From a bacterium (GTDB lineage: Bacteria; Zixibacteria; MSB-5A5; GN15; FEB-12): 64,000 bases of DNA. Numbering within the stretch: position 1 is the stretch's first letter; each line of letters opens with the position of its first letter. This document shows, piece after piece, positions 48,748-58,997 of the stretch. Made by a program: the position numbers and the translations under genes. The notes under the pieces are model-generated. The model did not search any database. It saw nothing but the letters and a program-made list of their open reading frames with translations, and was not told the DNA's origin. The stretch is from contig JBDRNJ010000068.1 of the NCBI GenBank assembly GCA_043811375.1, positions 1-64,000 on the forward strand, written 5' to 3'.

Positions 48748-51700
48748 GTGCTAAAAAAACCGATACTAACTAATACTGTGAGTGCCTCACTGCGACAACT
48801 CGTATGGGTTGCTGTCGTCGGCTTGTTGATAGCCCGAGTTATGGTGTGCCCGACATCAGCGGCAACCCGTTATACCGGCTACCTGCAGTCACCGCCGTCA
48901 CCCGTTGCCGCGTACGATATCTCTCCGTACCGGCCCAATGTGTCTCTGTCACTGCGGGCTCCTCAGTTGTACGGCTACAGCCTGCAAAGCAAGTTGGATT
49001 TTGTCAGATCCAACCATATCACCACAGCCCTGACCTTTAATTCGTTTTACTATCGCCACGGACAACTGAAAAAGTGGCTTATTCCGGTAACTGTGAACGC
49101 CCCGCAGTATCTGGCTTTCCGCAAGTCAAAGCGAGTCGATGAGAAATTCTCGCAATCATTGACCGGCGCCATCGCCAATCCGGGACAGGCCGCCGGACGT
49201 GCCGGTCTGGGTCTTTCGGTCGGTCTGCCCAAGCGGCTAAACCGGATTTTTGGCGAAGGCGGCGCCGGGTTGCGGGTATCAGGGTATCGCCGCATTATGT
49301 TTTCCGGTCGTTCCCAGTGGAGCGATGCCGCCCAATCGGATACTTACCAGCAAAGTAAGTTTCCCTCACTGAACATGGACCAGTCCTACCGGTTTGATAT
49401 CAATGGTACTATCGGCACCAAGATTTCAGTGAAAGTGTCCGAGGATTCCAAGCAGGATATTCCCCTGGCCAACCGCTTGATAATCCGCTACAAGGGTGAC
49501 GAGGATGACGTGCTCAAGTCAATTGAGGCCGGCAACACCAACCTGTCCTTACCGCGAACCAAATTCGTCGGCTACTCGTCCAACATCCGTGGTCTCTTCG
49601 GGCTCAAGACGGAAGCCCAGGTCGGTAAACTGAGACTGATCGCTATCGCCTCGCAGGAGCAGGGATCGTCGGAGCAGGTGTCGATTACTCCCACCGGGGA
49701 AGAAAGTGCTGAGCGCTTCCGTGACTACAACTACGTTAAGGCTCGCATCTTTGACCTCGGAGACTCGGCGGCTTTCAGTGAAGGCGACTCGGTAATCAGC
49801 TTGTTTGCTTACGAGGTGGTGAGCACGCTCAATTCGGACGACGTCTTGCTTCCGGCCTGGCTGGTGGTTGATCCTGGTGACACCACGAAGTACCTTGACG
49901 AAGATGTGGATTACAGGTCCAGCACGGAGTCCGGTGCCAAATTGATCGACCAGGCCACCTATACTTTCTACAGCTTCCCTGATCGCAACCAGCACTATGT
50001 CGTCTTCAGCGGATCTCGTATCAAATCGGTTGGGGTTTACATGAGGGTATTGCATTCAGACGGTTCAGAAAGTACCGTGGGCGACATCTCCGGCGAATCA
50101 CTATTGCTGAAGCTGTTGTACCACCAGGACCCCAGTCCGCAGTATCATACCTGGGGTTTGATGTGGCGTAACTGCTACCCGATTCCGCGTGGTGTAACGG
50201 CTGACGATATTGAGATCAGAGTGTTTAAGGGTTCCTCCGGGAATGAGGGGACGTCATCCAGTTTTGACTACCAGGAGCTGGAGGGTCGCACACAAAAATA
50301 CCTTGAGATTCTGGGATTGGATCAGTACAACGAGCGCGATGACAAATTGGCCGACGGCAAGTTTGATGAACGCCTGGAAGTCTTTCGACCGGAGTGGGGG
50401 CTGATAATATTCCCGCACCGCAGACCGTTCGCAGCCGATACGTTCTATGTCGACGCCAACGGTAAAACCACTGACACTCTGGCAGAAAAGACACCCGATA
50501 TCTACGACTACACTTCAGGTACTGACCAGGGTCAGGCCACCATGTATTATGTCCAACTGGTTACGCGGGCACGCAGTTCGACTATCCGGCTGGGGCACGC
50601 CAATATCATTGAAGGATCGGAACGGGTTACGGTCAACGGCCGAGTAATGCAGCGCGGCAAAGACTACAACATCAAGTACGACTTCGGCCAGTTGACACTG
50701 ACGTCGGACGAAGCTATGGATCCCAACGCCGATATCAACGTTCAGTTTGAATATGCCCCTTTCCTGGCGCTACAGAAAAAGACGCTGCTGGGCATGCGAG
50801 CGGAATATATCTACAACAAGGATCTGGATTTCGGCGCCACCATGCTTTACAAGTCAGATAAGGCCCAGGAGCGAAAACCACGGGTGGGACAGGAAACCTC
50901 GCGGGCAGTCATCTATGACCTTGACGGTTCCTGGCGAACGCAGACCAATTTCCTGACATCGCTGGCCGACGCTTTGCCGCTGGTGGAAACCGAGACGCCC
51001 TCCAGCTTCCGCATAGAGGGTGAAATAGCGCAGTCACATCCTAACCCCAACGTCGAAGGCAAGGCTTATGTGGATGATTTCGAAGCCGCCCAGGAACAGC
51101 TCTCGCTGGGGACCCAGCGAACGACCTGGAAGCACGCCTCCAAACCGTTTGATATGCAGGCTGGCTTCAACAAGGGCAAGCTTCTCTGGCACGCCCCTCG
51201 CGACCGCCGCAACGTGACCGAGGTATGGGACGTTGATCCCAAGCAGGGCGAAGGCAGTATCTTTACTATGCGCATGATATTCCGTCCCCAACCCGACAGT
51301 GCCGGCGACCCGAGCTGGGCCGGAGTCATGCGCGGCTTTGCCGGCCGAATTGACGCCGAACGAGTGCAGCACCTGGAAATCCGCGCCCGCGTCAGTGAAA
51401 GCGCTCGAGGTAAATTACACATCGATGTCGGCAGCATCAGTGAGGATGTCGATAACGACGGCAACGCCGATACGGAGGATAACATCTTCCGCAACGGGAC
51501 GCTGGACGTGGAAGAGGATGTCGGCCTGGACGGTCTGGCTGACGTGTTCGAAGACGGGTATGACACGGACACGCTGCCCGATCCCAACGACGACAACTGG
51601 TTTTTCCTGGGTGACGGCACGTGCCCGTTACCGGACAACCAATGTAACAACGTCAACTGGGACGATGAGTCGGTCCGTTACGAATGGCTCAACGGCACCG

Positions 51701-54700
51701 AGGGTAATCGCGACGATCCCGGTTGGATCGGTATCCCCGACGAAGAAACACTAAACAGGATGCGCGGTTTCAATAACATCAACTCATATTTCTCCTACGT
51801 CATCGACTTCGATGACATCGAACAGTTTCGGGTCGAGGGCTCGAATAAATACGATTGGTGGACCTATCGCATCCCCATCAAGGATCCGCTGGTGACTGAT
51901 ACGGCCCGGGAGGGCGACATAGAGCCGATGTGGAACGAAGTCAGCCACGTGCGGGTCTGGTTTGAGTCGGAACCGTTCCAGGAGGTCCACGATACGTTAG
52001 AGATAGCAGCCTGGTATTTCGTGCAGTCGAACTGGCGGGATACCATCACCTGCAACGGGGAACCGGACTGTGGCACCAACTTCGAGGTGGCTTCGATAAG
52101 TGAGCAGGACCGCACTTTCTCACCGCCGCCGGGTGTGGAGCCGTTTAAGGATCCCAATTACAACGTGGTGGAAGCACAGCGCGGGCTGCTGTTGAAGTTC
52201 GAGGGTTTTACCCCCGAAGACACCTGCCTGGCCGTCAAGAAGCTCATTACCGTCGACAAGTACTCCGGTTACCGCCGTCTGGAGATGTATGTGTACGGTG
52301 AGGACGTTGCAGCGATCCAAAATGAACAGGTGATGTTTGTTTTGCGTGTCGGCAGCAACGCCGACAACTTCTACGAGCAACGGCGGATCATTAAGCCGGG
52401 CTGGCACGAAGGAAACCATATCAATTTCGACTTCAACGATGTGACGGGACTGAAAGACGCCGCCCTGCGCGATCGATCGCGACAGGAGTATTCTTCTATC
52501 GACACCACCAGCGCCGATGGAGTTTATCGTGTTCGGGGCAACCCCAATATCAACGACGTGAAGTACTTCGCGGCCGGTGTGATCAACCGGTCGGAGGCGG
52601 CCGGTATCACCGATCCGTCTCAACAGGTGATAGATGGAGAAATCTGGCTGGACGAGCTGCGCGTTACCGAGGTTCGCCGCGATGTCGGCACGGCGGCGCG
52701 CGTATCGTGCGGCGGCACGGTGGCCGATCTGATGAGTTACAGTTTCTCTTATGATTACAAAGACGCCTATTTTCGCGGTCTCTCTTCGGCAACGCGTGGC
52801 GGCTCCAACAATAACCTGGGCAGTGGCAGCAACTCCACTAACATAGGCTACAACGGCCGGCTGAGTCTGCACCTGTTTCTGCCGAAATCATGGGGAGCCA
52901 ACATCCCGTTGAGTTATTCTCACTCCAAGTCGGTGACGACGCCTTTGTTGCGCACGAGTTCCGACATCGTGCTGCCGGAGGAAATTCGCAAGGAAGAGCA
53001 ATCCATCTCCGAGTCAAACAGCATCAGAATTTCGGAATCGTTCAACCGGCAGGGCAAAAATCCGCTGTTTAACCTGCTGCTGAATCGGTTGAAGACAGAT
53101 TTGAATTACAGCCGGGGAACACAGAAATCAGTGAACCGGCCGTACGGTTTATCCGAAAGTTACCAAGTCGGCTCCAGTTTCAACCTGGGTGTTAAAAAGC
53201 CGCCAACACTGCCTCTGTTTTTCTGGACCAAACCGTTGCCGATCCTGAAGCGGGTATCGGGCTCGCGGCTGGGGCTGTACCCCAGCAATTGGACCGTCAA
53301 CGGCACCTACAACCGGCAACTGTCGATTAGCGACGATATCAACTACAATCGTCTCTCCACACTCAAGCGGGACTTCTCCGGACGGATGAACATAAGCTAC
53401 AATATTTTCGACAACATGGATGCCAGCCTCGATCTCAGGACCACTCGGGACTTGAGTAATCCCGATGAGGTAAACGTCTCTCTCAACAACTTCCGGCTGG
53501 GTATCGAGACACAGTTCAATCAGTCTTTCAGTATGGGGTACAGTCCGAACCTGGTGAGTTTCTTCGGTACCGCCTTTTCCTACGGTGCCAACTACTCCGA
53601 CAACTATTCCCGTTCGTCCAAATCGCGGCAGTCGCGCATGACTCGCAAGTGGAGCGTCAGCGGCAAGTTTGAGCACCTTAAGTTCCTGAAACCGGAAAGC
53701 TGGATTAGTTCGGGTGCCGGTGACAGCAAAGGTAGCGACCGGCGACGAAAGGGAACTGAGGACGCAGGCGACAAACCGGGCCGACCGTTTTACGACCCGC
53801 CATTGGCGGTGTTGCGCTTCCTTACCGGCTGGATAAATCCGATCGCGTACAATTTCTCGGAAGGCTACAATGCTTCGTTACCCGGTATGCTCCAGCGGCC
53901 GGAATGGAAATACCGTTTTGGCGTTGAGCGCGAAACGACCGTGCCGACTGTTTCAGAGGGACGCGCCATCAGTTCCGGCGAGGATCAAGCGTACGGTCTT
54001 TCCTCAGGTTTCCGTGTCCTGGGAGGGATTGGCACCACCGTGAAGTTCAGCCGATCCATCAGTCGGGATATCGTCAAACAGGGCTCACGCTATGAACACG
54101 TGTCCACTTCCTGGCCGGATCTCCAGATTCGCATCAGTAAGTTCGAGAAACTGCCCCTTATCAAACCGGTCGTGAACAAGTTCATTGATGTTTTCTCGCC
54201 CCGGACCGGCTATGGCCGTCAGACCAAGGAAGAGTATGATATCGATGGCGGTTTTCTCAGGAGCCGGTCCGTCAGCATCAATCACAGTCCGCTGTTGGCG
54301 CTGAACTTCAATCTGGTGCGATCATTGTCGTTGTCCGGAACCTACACGCTGTCCAGGGACAACGCTGAGAAATACAGTCCGGCCACCGGCGCTTTCCAGT
54401 CGGAAACGCGTGGTGAGCGGCGGGCTATCAGTTTGTCGACCAAATACTCTTTCTCGGCGCCGAGCGGTTTCTCGGTGCCGATACTGGGTAAGATTCGTTT
54501 TCGCTCCACCATGAGCATCACCGTTGACGTTAAGAAATCCAAAAGTCTCAATGAAACCAAAAGGGCCGGTGAAGGCTGGGTGATATCGACCGACAAGTCT
54601 GATTTCTCGGTCAATACCAATATAGCCTACACTTTCAGTCAACAGATCAAGGGTGGCCTCAGAGGCGGATGGCAGGATTCGGCTGATAACTTCAGAAACC

Positions 54701-54750
54701 GAAACAATCATGTCCGACAGCTTGAAATCTGGGCTGAGATTCGCTTCTAA
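48748..54750 (+). CDS. sprA: Type IX secretion outer-membrane translocon SprA-like protein
   Basis: RIFGEG, GTIGTKI, Y.GDEDD..K.IEAGN..LSLP...LFG.K, NIIEGSE.VTV.G, QKKTLLG, G.ISED, GEIWLDELR and a C-terminal beta strand ending in F; 2000 aa. Confidence 0.9.
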   Translation: MLKKPILTNTVSASLRQLVWVAVVGLLIARVMVCPTSAATRYTGYLQSPPSPVAAYDISPYRPNVSLSLRAPQLYGYSLQSKLDFVRSNHITTALTFNSFYYRHGQLKKWLIPVTVNAPQYLAFRKSKRVDEKFSQSLTGAIANPGQAAGRAGLGLSVGLPKRLNRIFGEGGAGLRVSGYRRIMFSGRSQWSDAAQSDTYQQSKFPSLNMDQSYRFDINGTIGTKISVKVSEDSKQDIPLANRLIIRYKGDEDDVLKSIEAGNTNLSLPRTKFVGYSSNIRGLFGLKTEAQVGKLRLIAIASQEQGSSEQVSITPTGEESAERFRDYNYVKARIFDLGDSAAFSEGDSVISLFAYEVVSTLNSDDVLLPAWLVVDPGDTTKYLDEDVDYRSSTESGAKLIDQATYTFYSFPDRNQHYVVFSGSRIKSVGVYMRVLHSDGSESTVGDISGESLLLKLLYHQDPSPQYHTWGLMWRNCYPIPRGVTADDIEIRVFKGSSGNEGTSSSFDYQELEGRTQKYLEILGLDQYNERDDKLADGKFDERLEVFRPEWGLIIFPHRRPFAADTFYVDANGKTTDTLAEKTPDIYDYTSGTDQGQATMYYVQLVTRARSSTIRLGHANIIEGSERVTVNGRVMQRGKDYNIKYDFGQLTLTSDEAMDPNADINVQFEYAPFLALQKKTLLGMRAEYIYNKDLDFGATMLYKSDKAQERKPRVGQETSRAVIYDLDGSWRTQTNFLTSLADALPLVETETPSSFRIEGEIAQSHPNPNVEGKAYVDDFEAAQEQLSLGTQRTTWKHASKPFDMQAGFNKGKLLWHAPRDRRNVTEVWDVDPKQGEGSIFTMRMIFRPQPDSAGDPSWAGVMRGFAGRIDAERVQHLEIRARVSESARGKLHIDVGSISEDVDNDGNADTEDNIFRNGTLDVEEDVGLDGLADVFEDGYDTDTLPDPNDDNWFFLGDGTCPLPDNQCNNVNWDDESVRYEWLNGTEGNRDDPGWIGIPDEETLNRMRGFNNINSYFSYVIDFDDIEQFRVEGSNKYDWWTYRIPIKDPLVTDTAREGDIEPMWNEVSHVRVWFESEPFQEVHDTLEIAAWYFVQSNWRDTITCNGEPDCGTNFEVASISEQDRTFSPPPGVEPFKDPNYNVVEAQRGLLLKFEGFTPEDTCLAVKKLITVDKYSGYRRLEMYVYGEDVAAIQNEQVMFVLRVGSNADNFYEQRRIIKPGWHEGNHINFDFNDVTGLKDAALRDRSRQEYSSIDTTSADGVYRVRGNPNINDVKYFAAGVINRSEAAGITDPSQQVIDGEIWLDELRVTEVRRDVGTAARVSCGGTVADLMSYSFSYDYKDAYFRGLSSATRGGSNNNLGSGSNSTNIGYNGRLSLHLFLPKSWGANIPLSYSHSKSVTTPLLRTSSDIVLPEEIRKEEQSISESNSIRISESFNRQGKNPLFNLLLNRLKTDLNYSRGTQKSVNRPYGLSESYQVGSSFNLGVKKPPTLPLFFWTKPLPILKRVSGSRLGLYPSNWTVNGTYNRQLSISDDINYNRLSTLKRDFSGRMNISYNIFDNMDASLDLRTTRDLSNPDEVNVSLNNFRLGIETQFNQSFSMGYSPNLVSFFGTAFSYGANYSDNYSRSSKSRQSRMTRKWSVSGKFEHLKFLKPESWISSGAGDSKGSDRRRKGTEDAGDKPGRPFYDPPLAVLRFLTGWINPIAYNFSEGYNASLPGMLQRPEWKYRFGVERETTVPTVSEGRAISSGEDQAYGLSSGFRVLGGIGTTVKFSRSISRDIVKQGSRYEHVSTSWPDLQIRISKFEKLPLIKPVVNKFIDVFSPRTGYGRQTKEEYDIDGGFLRSRSVSINHSPLLALNFNLVRSLSLSGTYTLSRDNAEKYSPATGAFQSETRGERRAISLSTKYSFSAPSGFSVPILGKIRFRSTMSITVDVKKSKSLNETKRAGEGWVISTDKSDFSVNTNIAYTFSQQIKGGLRGGWQDSADNFRNRNNHVRQLEIWAEIRF

Positions 54751-54796
54751 GTGTTTTTCCATTGACAGTCAACGAACGTCCACAGTAATTAACGGT

Positions 54797-55723
54797 ATGA
54801 TCTGTCGTGGTATAGTGCCGGCATTGATACTGACGCTGCTGGTTTGTTGTGGGAGTTCCCAGGAACCGCCACCGGCATTTAATGGCGAGAGATCTTTTGA
54901 TTACCTGGTCCAACAGGTTGCCCTGGGACCACGGGTGCCGGGGACAAGGGCTTCGGTTGAATGCCGGGACTTGTTTGTACGCCACTTTGGGAATCTGGGG
55001 GCCGAGGTCGACTCACAGGTATTTTCCTTTTTTGATCCCTATTCTCAAACCACCATTCCGCTGGTTAATGTAATAGCTAAATTCAGCGGATCCGATCGAA
55101 AGGCTGATCGCATTATTCTGGTGGCTCACTACGACAGCCGCCCACGAACTGATTACGCCCATGACCCGGCGCTGAGAGAGGAGCCGATAGACGGCGCCAA
55201 CGATGGCGCCTCGGGAACGGCGATTCTGATGGAATTGGGTAATCTCTTTGCCCGGCGGGCACCGCCGATAAATGTCGATCTGGTGATGGTAGACGGTGAG
55301 GACTGGGGTCGGGAGGGCGACCACGAATACTACCTGCTGGGGTCGCGCGAACTGGCCCGCCGCGGCGTGCGGGGCAGGTACCTCTTCGGTATTGTTATCG
55401 ACATGGTGGGTGACTCATCGCAACAGATTTTTCGGGAGGGTTATTCGGAGAGATTCTGCTATTCTCTTAATGATGCTGTCTGGAGCGCCGCGGCTCGTTT
55501 GAACATTACTACTTTCCATGACTCAGTCGTTTATACGGTATTGGACGATCACCTGCCCCTGATAGCTGCCGGCGTGCCGACTATCGACATTATTGATTTC
55601 GACTATCCCTATTGGCACACCGAATTTGATACGCCTGACAAGTGTTCACCGACGGCACTATCCAATGTCGGACTAGTGCTGGTGGAACTGATCTATGATC
55701 CGACGCTATGGCCCGAAACGTGA
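54797..55723 (+). CDS. M28-family lipoprotein, glutaminyl-cyclase-like
   Basis: Lipobox-like LLVCC, GPRVPG, AHYDSR, GANDGASG, DGED, DMVGD, DDH.P and YWHT..D. Confidence 0.85.
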   Translation: MICRGIVPALILTLLVCCGSSQEPPPAFNGERSFDYLVQQVALGPRVPGTRASVECRDLFVRHFGNLGAEVDSQVFSFFDPYSQTTIPLVNVIAKFSGSDRKADRIILVAHYDSRPRTDYAHDPALREEPIDGANDGASGTAILMELGNLFARRAPPINVDLVMVDGEDWGREGDHEYYLLGSRELARRGVRGRYLFGIVIDMVGDSSQQIFREGYSERFCYSLNDAVWSAAARLNITTFHDSVVYTVLDDHLPLIAAGVPTIDIIDFDYPYWHTEFDTPDKCSPTALSNVGLVLVELIYDPTLWPET

Positions 55724-57096
55724 TAAAAAAGCTGCGAGAGTTCCCGGCTGTCGAGGAGTTGCTGCAACACCGACAACTGCGCTCCGGCGTGGAGGCGATT
55801 CCGCGACCGCTGGCGGTACAAATCGTCAGAGAGGTAGTCGCCCGCCACAAAGAAATGTTGCGCCGCAAGTCGGAGACGGTGTCTCTAAGCCGAATGCGTC
55901 AGGAAATCATGACGGCGCTCACAACCGCCCGGCGGGTGGGAACCTGCCGGGTAATCAATGCCACCGGCATCATTGTGCACACCAACCTGGGTCGGGCGCC
56001 CCTGTCGGAGGCGTTTTTCGAGTCTGTCCGGGAAGTCCTGAGTGGTTACGGCAACATTGAGTTTGATCTGAACCGTGGAACCCGGGGTGGACGGGGCGCT
56101 GCCTGTGAACGGTATCTGTCGCTCCTGGCCGGCACCGAAAGCGCCGCCATCGTCAACAACTGTGCCGCCGCCCTGCTGCTGATTCTCAACAGCCTGGCCA
56201 ATCGTAAACAGGTGATTGTCTCGCGGGGTGAATTGGTGCAAATCGGCGGTGGCTTTCGTATCCCGGATATCCTCAGGAAGTCCGGCGCCAGGTTACACGA
56301 AGTAGGCACCACCAATATAACTACCATCGCCGATTATGAGGATGTTGTCGATGAGAAGACCGGACTTATTCTGAAAGTACACCAGAGCAATTTTGTGCAG
56401 GCCGGTTTCACCGGCAAAGTATCGGTGAAGGAACTGGTGAAGCTCGGCGCCGGGTACGACTTGACGGTTGTCAACGATCTCGGCAGCGGCGTCTTTGTCA
56501 ACACCGGAAAGATCATAGGCTACTCGGAGCCGACCGTGCAGCAGTCGGTGCGAGACGGCGCCGACCTGACCTGCTTCTCCGGCGACAAGATGCTCGGCGG
56601 CGTTCAGGCCGGGTTGATTGTGGGACGGGCGTCACTTATCAAAAAAATAAAGCGCAACCCCCTCTTTCGCACGGTGCGTGTCGACAAGGTGGTGTTGGCG
56701 CTGATGGAAAAGTTACTGACCAGTTACTTAAACGGTACCTGGCAGACGGAGATCAAACTCTGGGCACTGTTGTCCCTGCCGGAGTCGGAGTTGTACCGCC
56801 GGGGTCGACGGCTGTTGAAGCAATTAGGCCATCCGGCGGGACTATCCGTAGAAGCCACCCGGGGCTTTGTCGGCGGCGGTGCCCTGCCGGAGTCCGGAAT
56901 CGCGTCGGTAGGTCTCGTATTTGGCCCGCCGCATCGAGCCACTTCTTTAATGCGTCGTTTCCGGATGATGAATCCGCCTGTCATCGGCCGCATCGATGAT
57001 GATTGTTTTATCCTCGATCTGAGAGCAGTGGCGGAAGACCAACTTCTACTGCTCAAAGACAGTGTGGCTGAAGCGATCGGACCGCAGAAAAAATGA
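55708..57096 (+). CDS. selA: L-seryl-tRNA(Sec) selenium transferase
   Basis: VINATG...HTNLGRAP, VSRGELVQIGG.FRIPD, EVGTTN, DLGSG and FSGDKMLGG (PLP Lys). Confidence 0.97.
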   Translation: MARNVIKKLREFPAVEELLQHRQLRSGVEAIPRPLAVQIVREVVARHKEMLRRKSETVSLSRMRQEIMTALTTARRVGTCRVINATGIIVHTNLGRAPLSEAFFESVREVLSGYGNIEFDLNRGTRGGRGAACERYLSLLAGTESAAIVNNCAAALLLILNSLANRKQVIVSRGELVQIGGGFRIPDILRKSGARLHEVGTTNITTIADYEDVVDEKTGLILKVHQSNFVQAGFTGKVSVKELVKLGAGYDLTVVNDLGSGVFVNTGKIIGYSEPTVQQSVRDGADLTCFSGDKMLGGVQAGLIVGRASLIKKIKRNPLFRTVRVDKVVLALMEKLLTSYLNGTWQTEIKLWALLSLPESELYRRGRRLLKQLGHPAGLSVEATRGFVGGGALPESGIASVGLVFGPPHRATSLMRRFRMMNPPVIGRIDDDCFILDLRAVAEDQLLLLKDSVAEAIGPQKK

Positions 57097-58997
57097 TAGT
57101 CATCGGTACGGCGGGGCACATTGATCACGGCAAATCGGCCATTGTCAAACGGCTGACCGGAACCGATCCGGATCGTCTCCCGGAAGAAAAAAAACGCGGC
57201 ATGACGATTGATCTCGGTTTCGCATTCTATCGCACGCCGTCGGGAGACGACATTGCTTTCGTCGATGTTCCCGGGCACGAGCGGTTTGTCAAGAACATGA
57301 TCGCCGGTGCCGGCGGTATTGATGTAGCCATGCTGGTAGTGGCCGCTGACGACGGCTGGATGCCGCAGAGCCAGGAACACTTTCAGGTTATCCGGCTGCT
57401 GGGGATCAAGTCCGGTTTCATTGTTATCAACAAGACCGATCTGGCCGACAGTGACTGGCTTCAACTGCTCAAGCAGGACATCAGAGATAAAGTGCGCGGT
57501 TCGTTTCTGGCCGAAGCGCCGGTTCTGTCGGTGTCGGCCGAAACCGGTGACGGCTTTGATGCCCTGCGCCGGCACCTTGACCGACTGGCCGAACAGACCG
57601 CAACCGCCGGGGATATCGACCGAGCCCGTCTGTATATCGACCGATCGTTTGTGAGTCAGGGAGTCGGCGGCGTTGTAACCGGCACCCTGCGGGGCGGCAG
57701 GCTCTCGGTGGGGCAAACGGTGGCAGTGTGGCCGGCCATAACTGCCGGCAAGATTCGCTCTTTGCAGACCAATAACCGGGAAGTGTCCGTAGCACTGCCG
57801 GGACAACGAACGGCTGTGTCCTTTACCGGCGTTAACCGGGAGGTACTGATTCGCGGGGGTGTTGTCTCCGACAGGCTGGACCTGTCCTTTTTCAGGGAAC
57901 ATCCGGTGCTGGCTCTTTCGGTGGAGGTCGTCTCCGAAGCGCCGGTGGCACTGGTTGATCGTCGTCGGCTGCTGGTTATTGCCGGCACCTCCGAGATGGA
58001 AGGGGAAATCCGACTGTTCGACCGTAAAAAGATCAGGCCGGGCGAAAAAGGTATCATGTTCTTCAAGCCTGACATCCCGCCGTATTGCCTCGTTGGGGAC
58101 CACTACATTGCCCGGCTGCCGACACCGATGGTAACACTGGGCGGCGGTCGGGTACTGGATCACCTCACGCATTTCCCGCGACGGAAACAGTTGGATGACT
58201 ATCGCTACCTGCTGTTCCGGCTGGACGGTGACATTCGCAGCCTGGTCGTCAGTGAACTGCAAAAGCGGGTAGTGGCTACTACCGATGACTTGCTGCGGGA
58301 AGCTGATTGCTCTGAGTCCGATGTTGGTGCGGTCGTGTCATCTCTGGTTGAGGAGAAGGTGTTCGGTATGTCCGGCCGGTACGTTTACCACGCCGATACA
58401 ATTGAAACCGTCGGACACCGGCTCACTCAGGGAGTAAAGGAGCTTCTCGAAGCTAAGTCACACCTGGTCGGTCTTTCCTTCGAAGAGTTGACCAGGGTAT
58501 CCGTGTTGGATGAGGTAACGCTGCGGGTGTTGCTGGACTACCTGGTGGCGGCCGGGCGGATGACGTTTGTTGCCGACAGGTACAATCTGGCCGGACGGAG
58601 CAGGGAGCTGAAAGGCGCCGTCAGGGAGGCTTATCGGTCTATTATGAGCAGTCTGCATGAGCAGCCCTATGCCCCGCCGTCATTGAGCACGCTGGCGTCC
58701 GGCAGCAAGAACCATAAGGAAGCCATCAAATACATTATCGAGACGGGTGAGAGCTACAAGTGCGGGTCGGCCTTTCTGTTTCCGGCGGAGACGTGGCGCG
58801 AAATAGTAACTTTCATCAAAGAGAGCCTGAATAAGTCCGGGAAGCTGGCTGTGGCCGATCTCAGGGACCGGTTTGGCTTCACGCGCAAGTATGCCATTCC
58901 GATTCTGGAGGAAACCGACCGCATCAAACTGACCCGTCGCGAGGGCGATATTCGTGTCAAAGGAGATAAGTTTGCCGAACGGAACGCTGATTCATAA
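57093..58997 (+). CDS. selB: Selenocysteine-specific elongation factor
   Basis: [38 protein letters not shown] and C-terminal winged helix [11 protein letters not shown]...TRR.GD.R. Confidence 0.97.
   Translation: MIVIGTAGHIDHGKSAIVKRLTGTDPDRLPEEKKRGMTIDLGFAFYRTPSGDDIAFVDVPGHERFVKNMIAGAGGIDVAMLVVAADDGWMPQSQEHFQVIRLLGIKSGFIVINKTDLADSDWLQLLKQDIRDKVRGSFLAEAPVLSVSAETGDGFDALRRHLDRLAEQTATAGDIDRARLYIDRSFVSQGVGGVVTGTLRGGRLSVGQTVAVWPAITAGKIRSLQTNNREVSVALPGQRTAVSFTGVNREVLIRGGVVSDRLDLSFFREHPVLALSVEVVSEAPVALVDRRRLLVIAGTSEMEGEIRLFDRKKIRPGEKGIMFFKPDIPPYCLVGDHYIARLPTPMVTLGGGRVLDHLTHFPRRKQLDDYRYLLFRLDGDIRSLVVSELQKRVVATTDDLLREADCSESDVGAVVSSLVEEKVFGMSGRYVYHADTIETVGHRLTQGVKELLEAKSHLVGLSFEELTRVSVLDEVTLRVLLDYLVAAGRMTFVADRYNLAGRSRELKGAVREAYRSIMSSLHEQPYAPPSLSTLASGSKNHKEAIKYIIETGESYKCGSAFLFPAETWREIVTFIKESLNKSGKLAVADLRDRFGFTRKYAIPILEETDRIKLTRREGDIRVKGDKFAERNADS

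Noticed and set aside
56724..58262. 512-aa minus-strand ORF
   Set aside because: Antisense shadow of selA/selB with no recognisable motifs.
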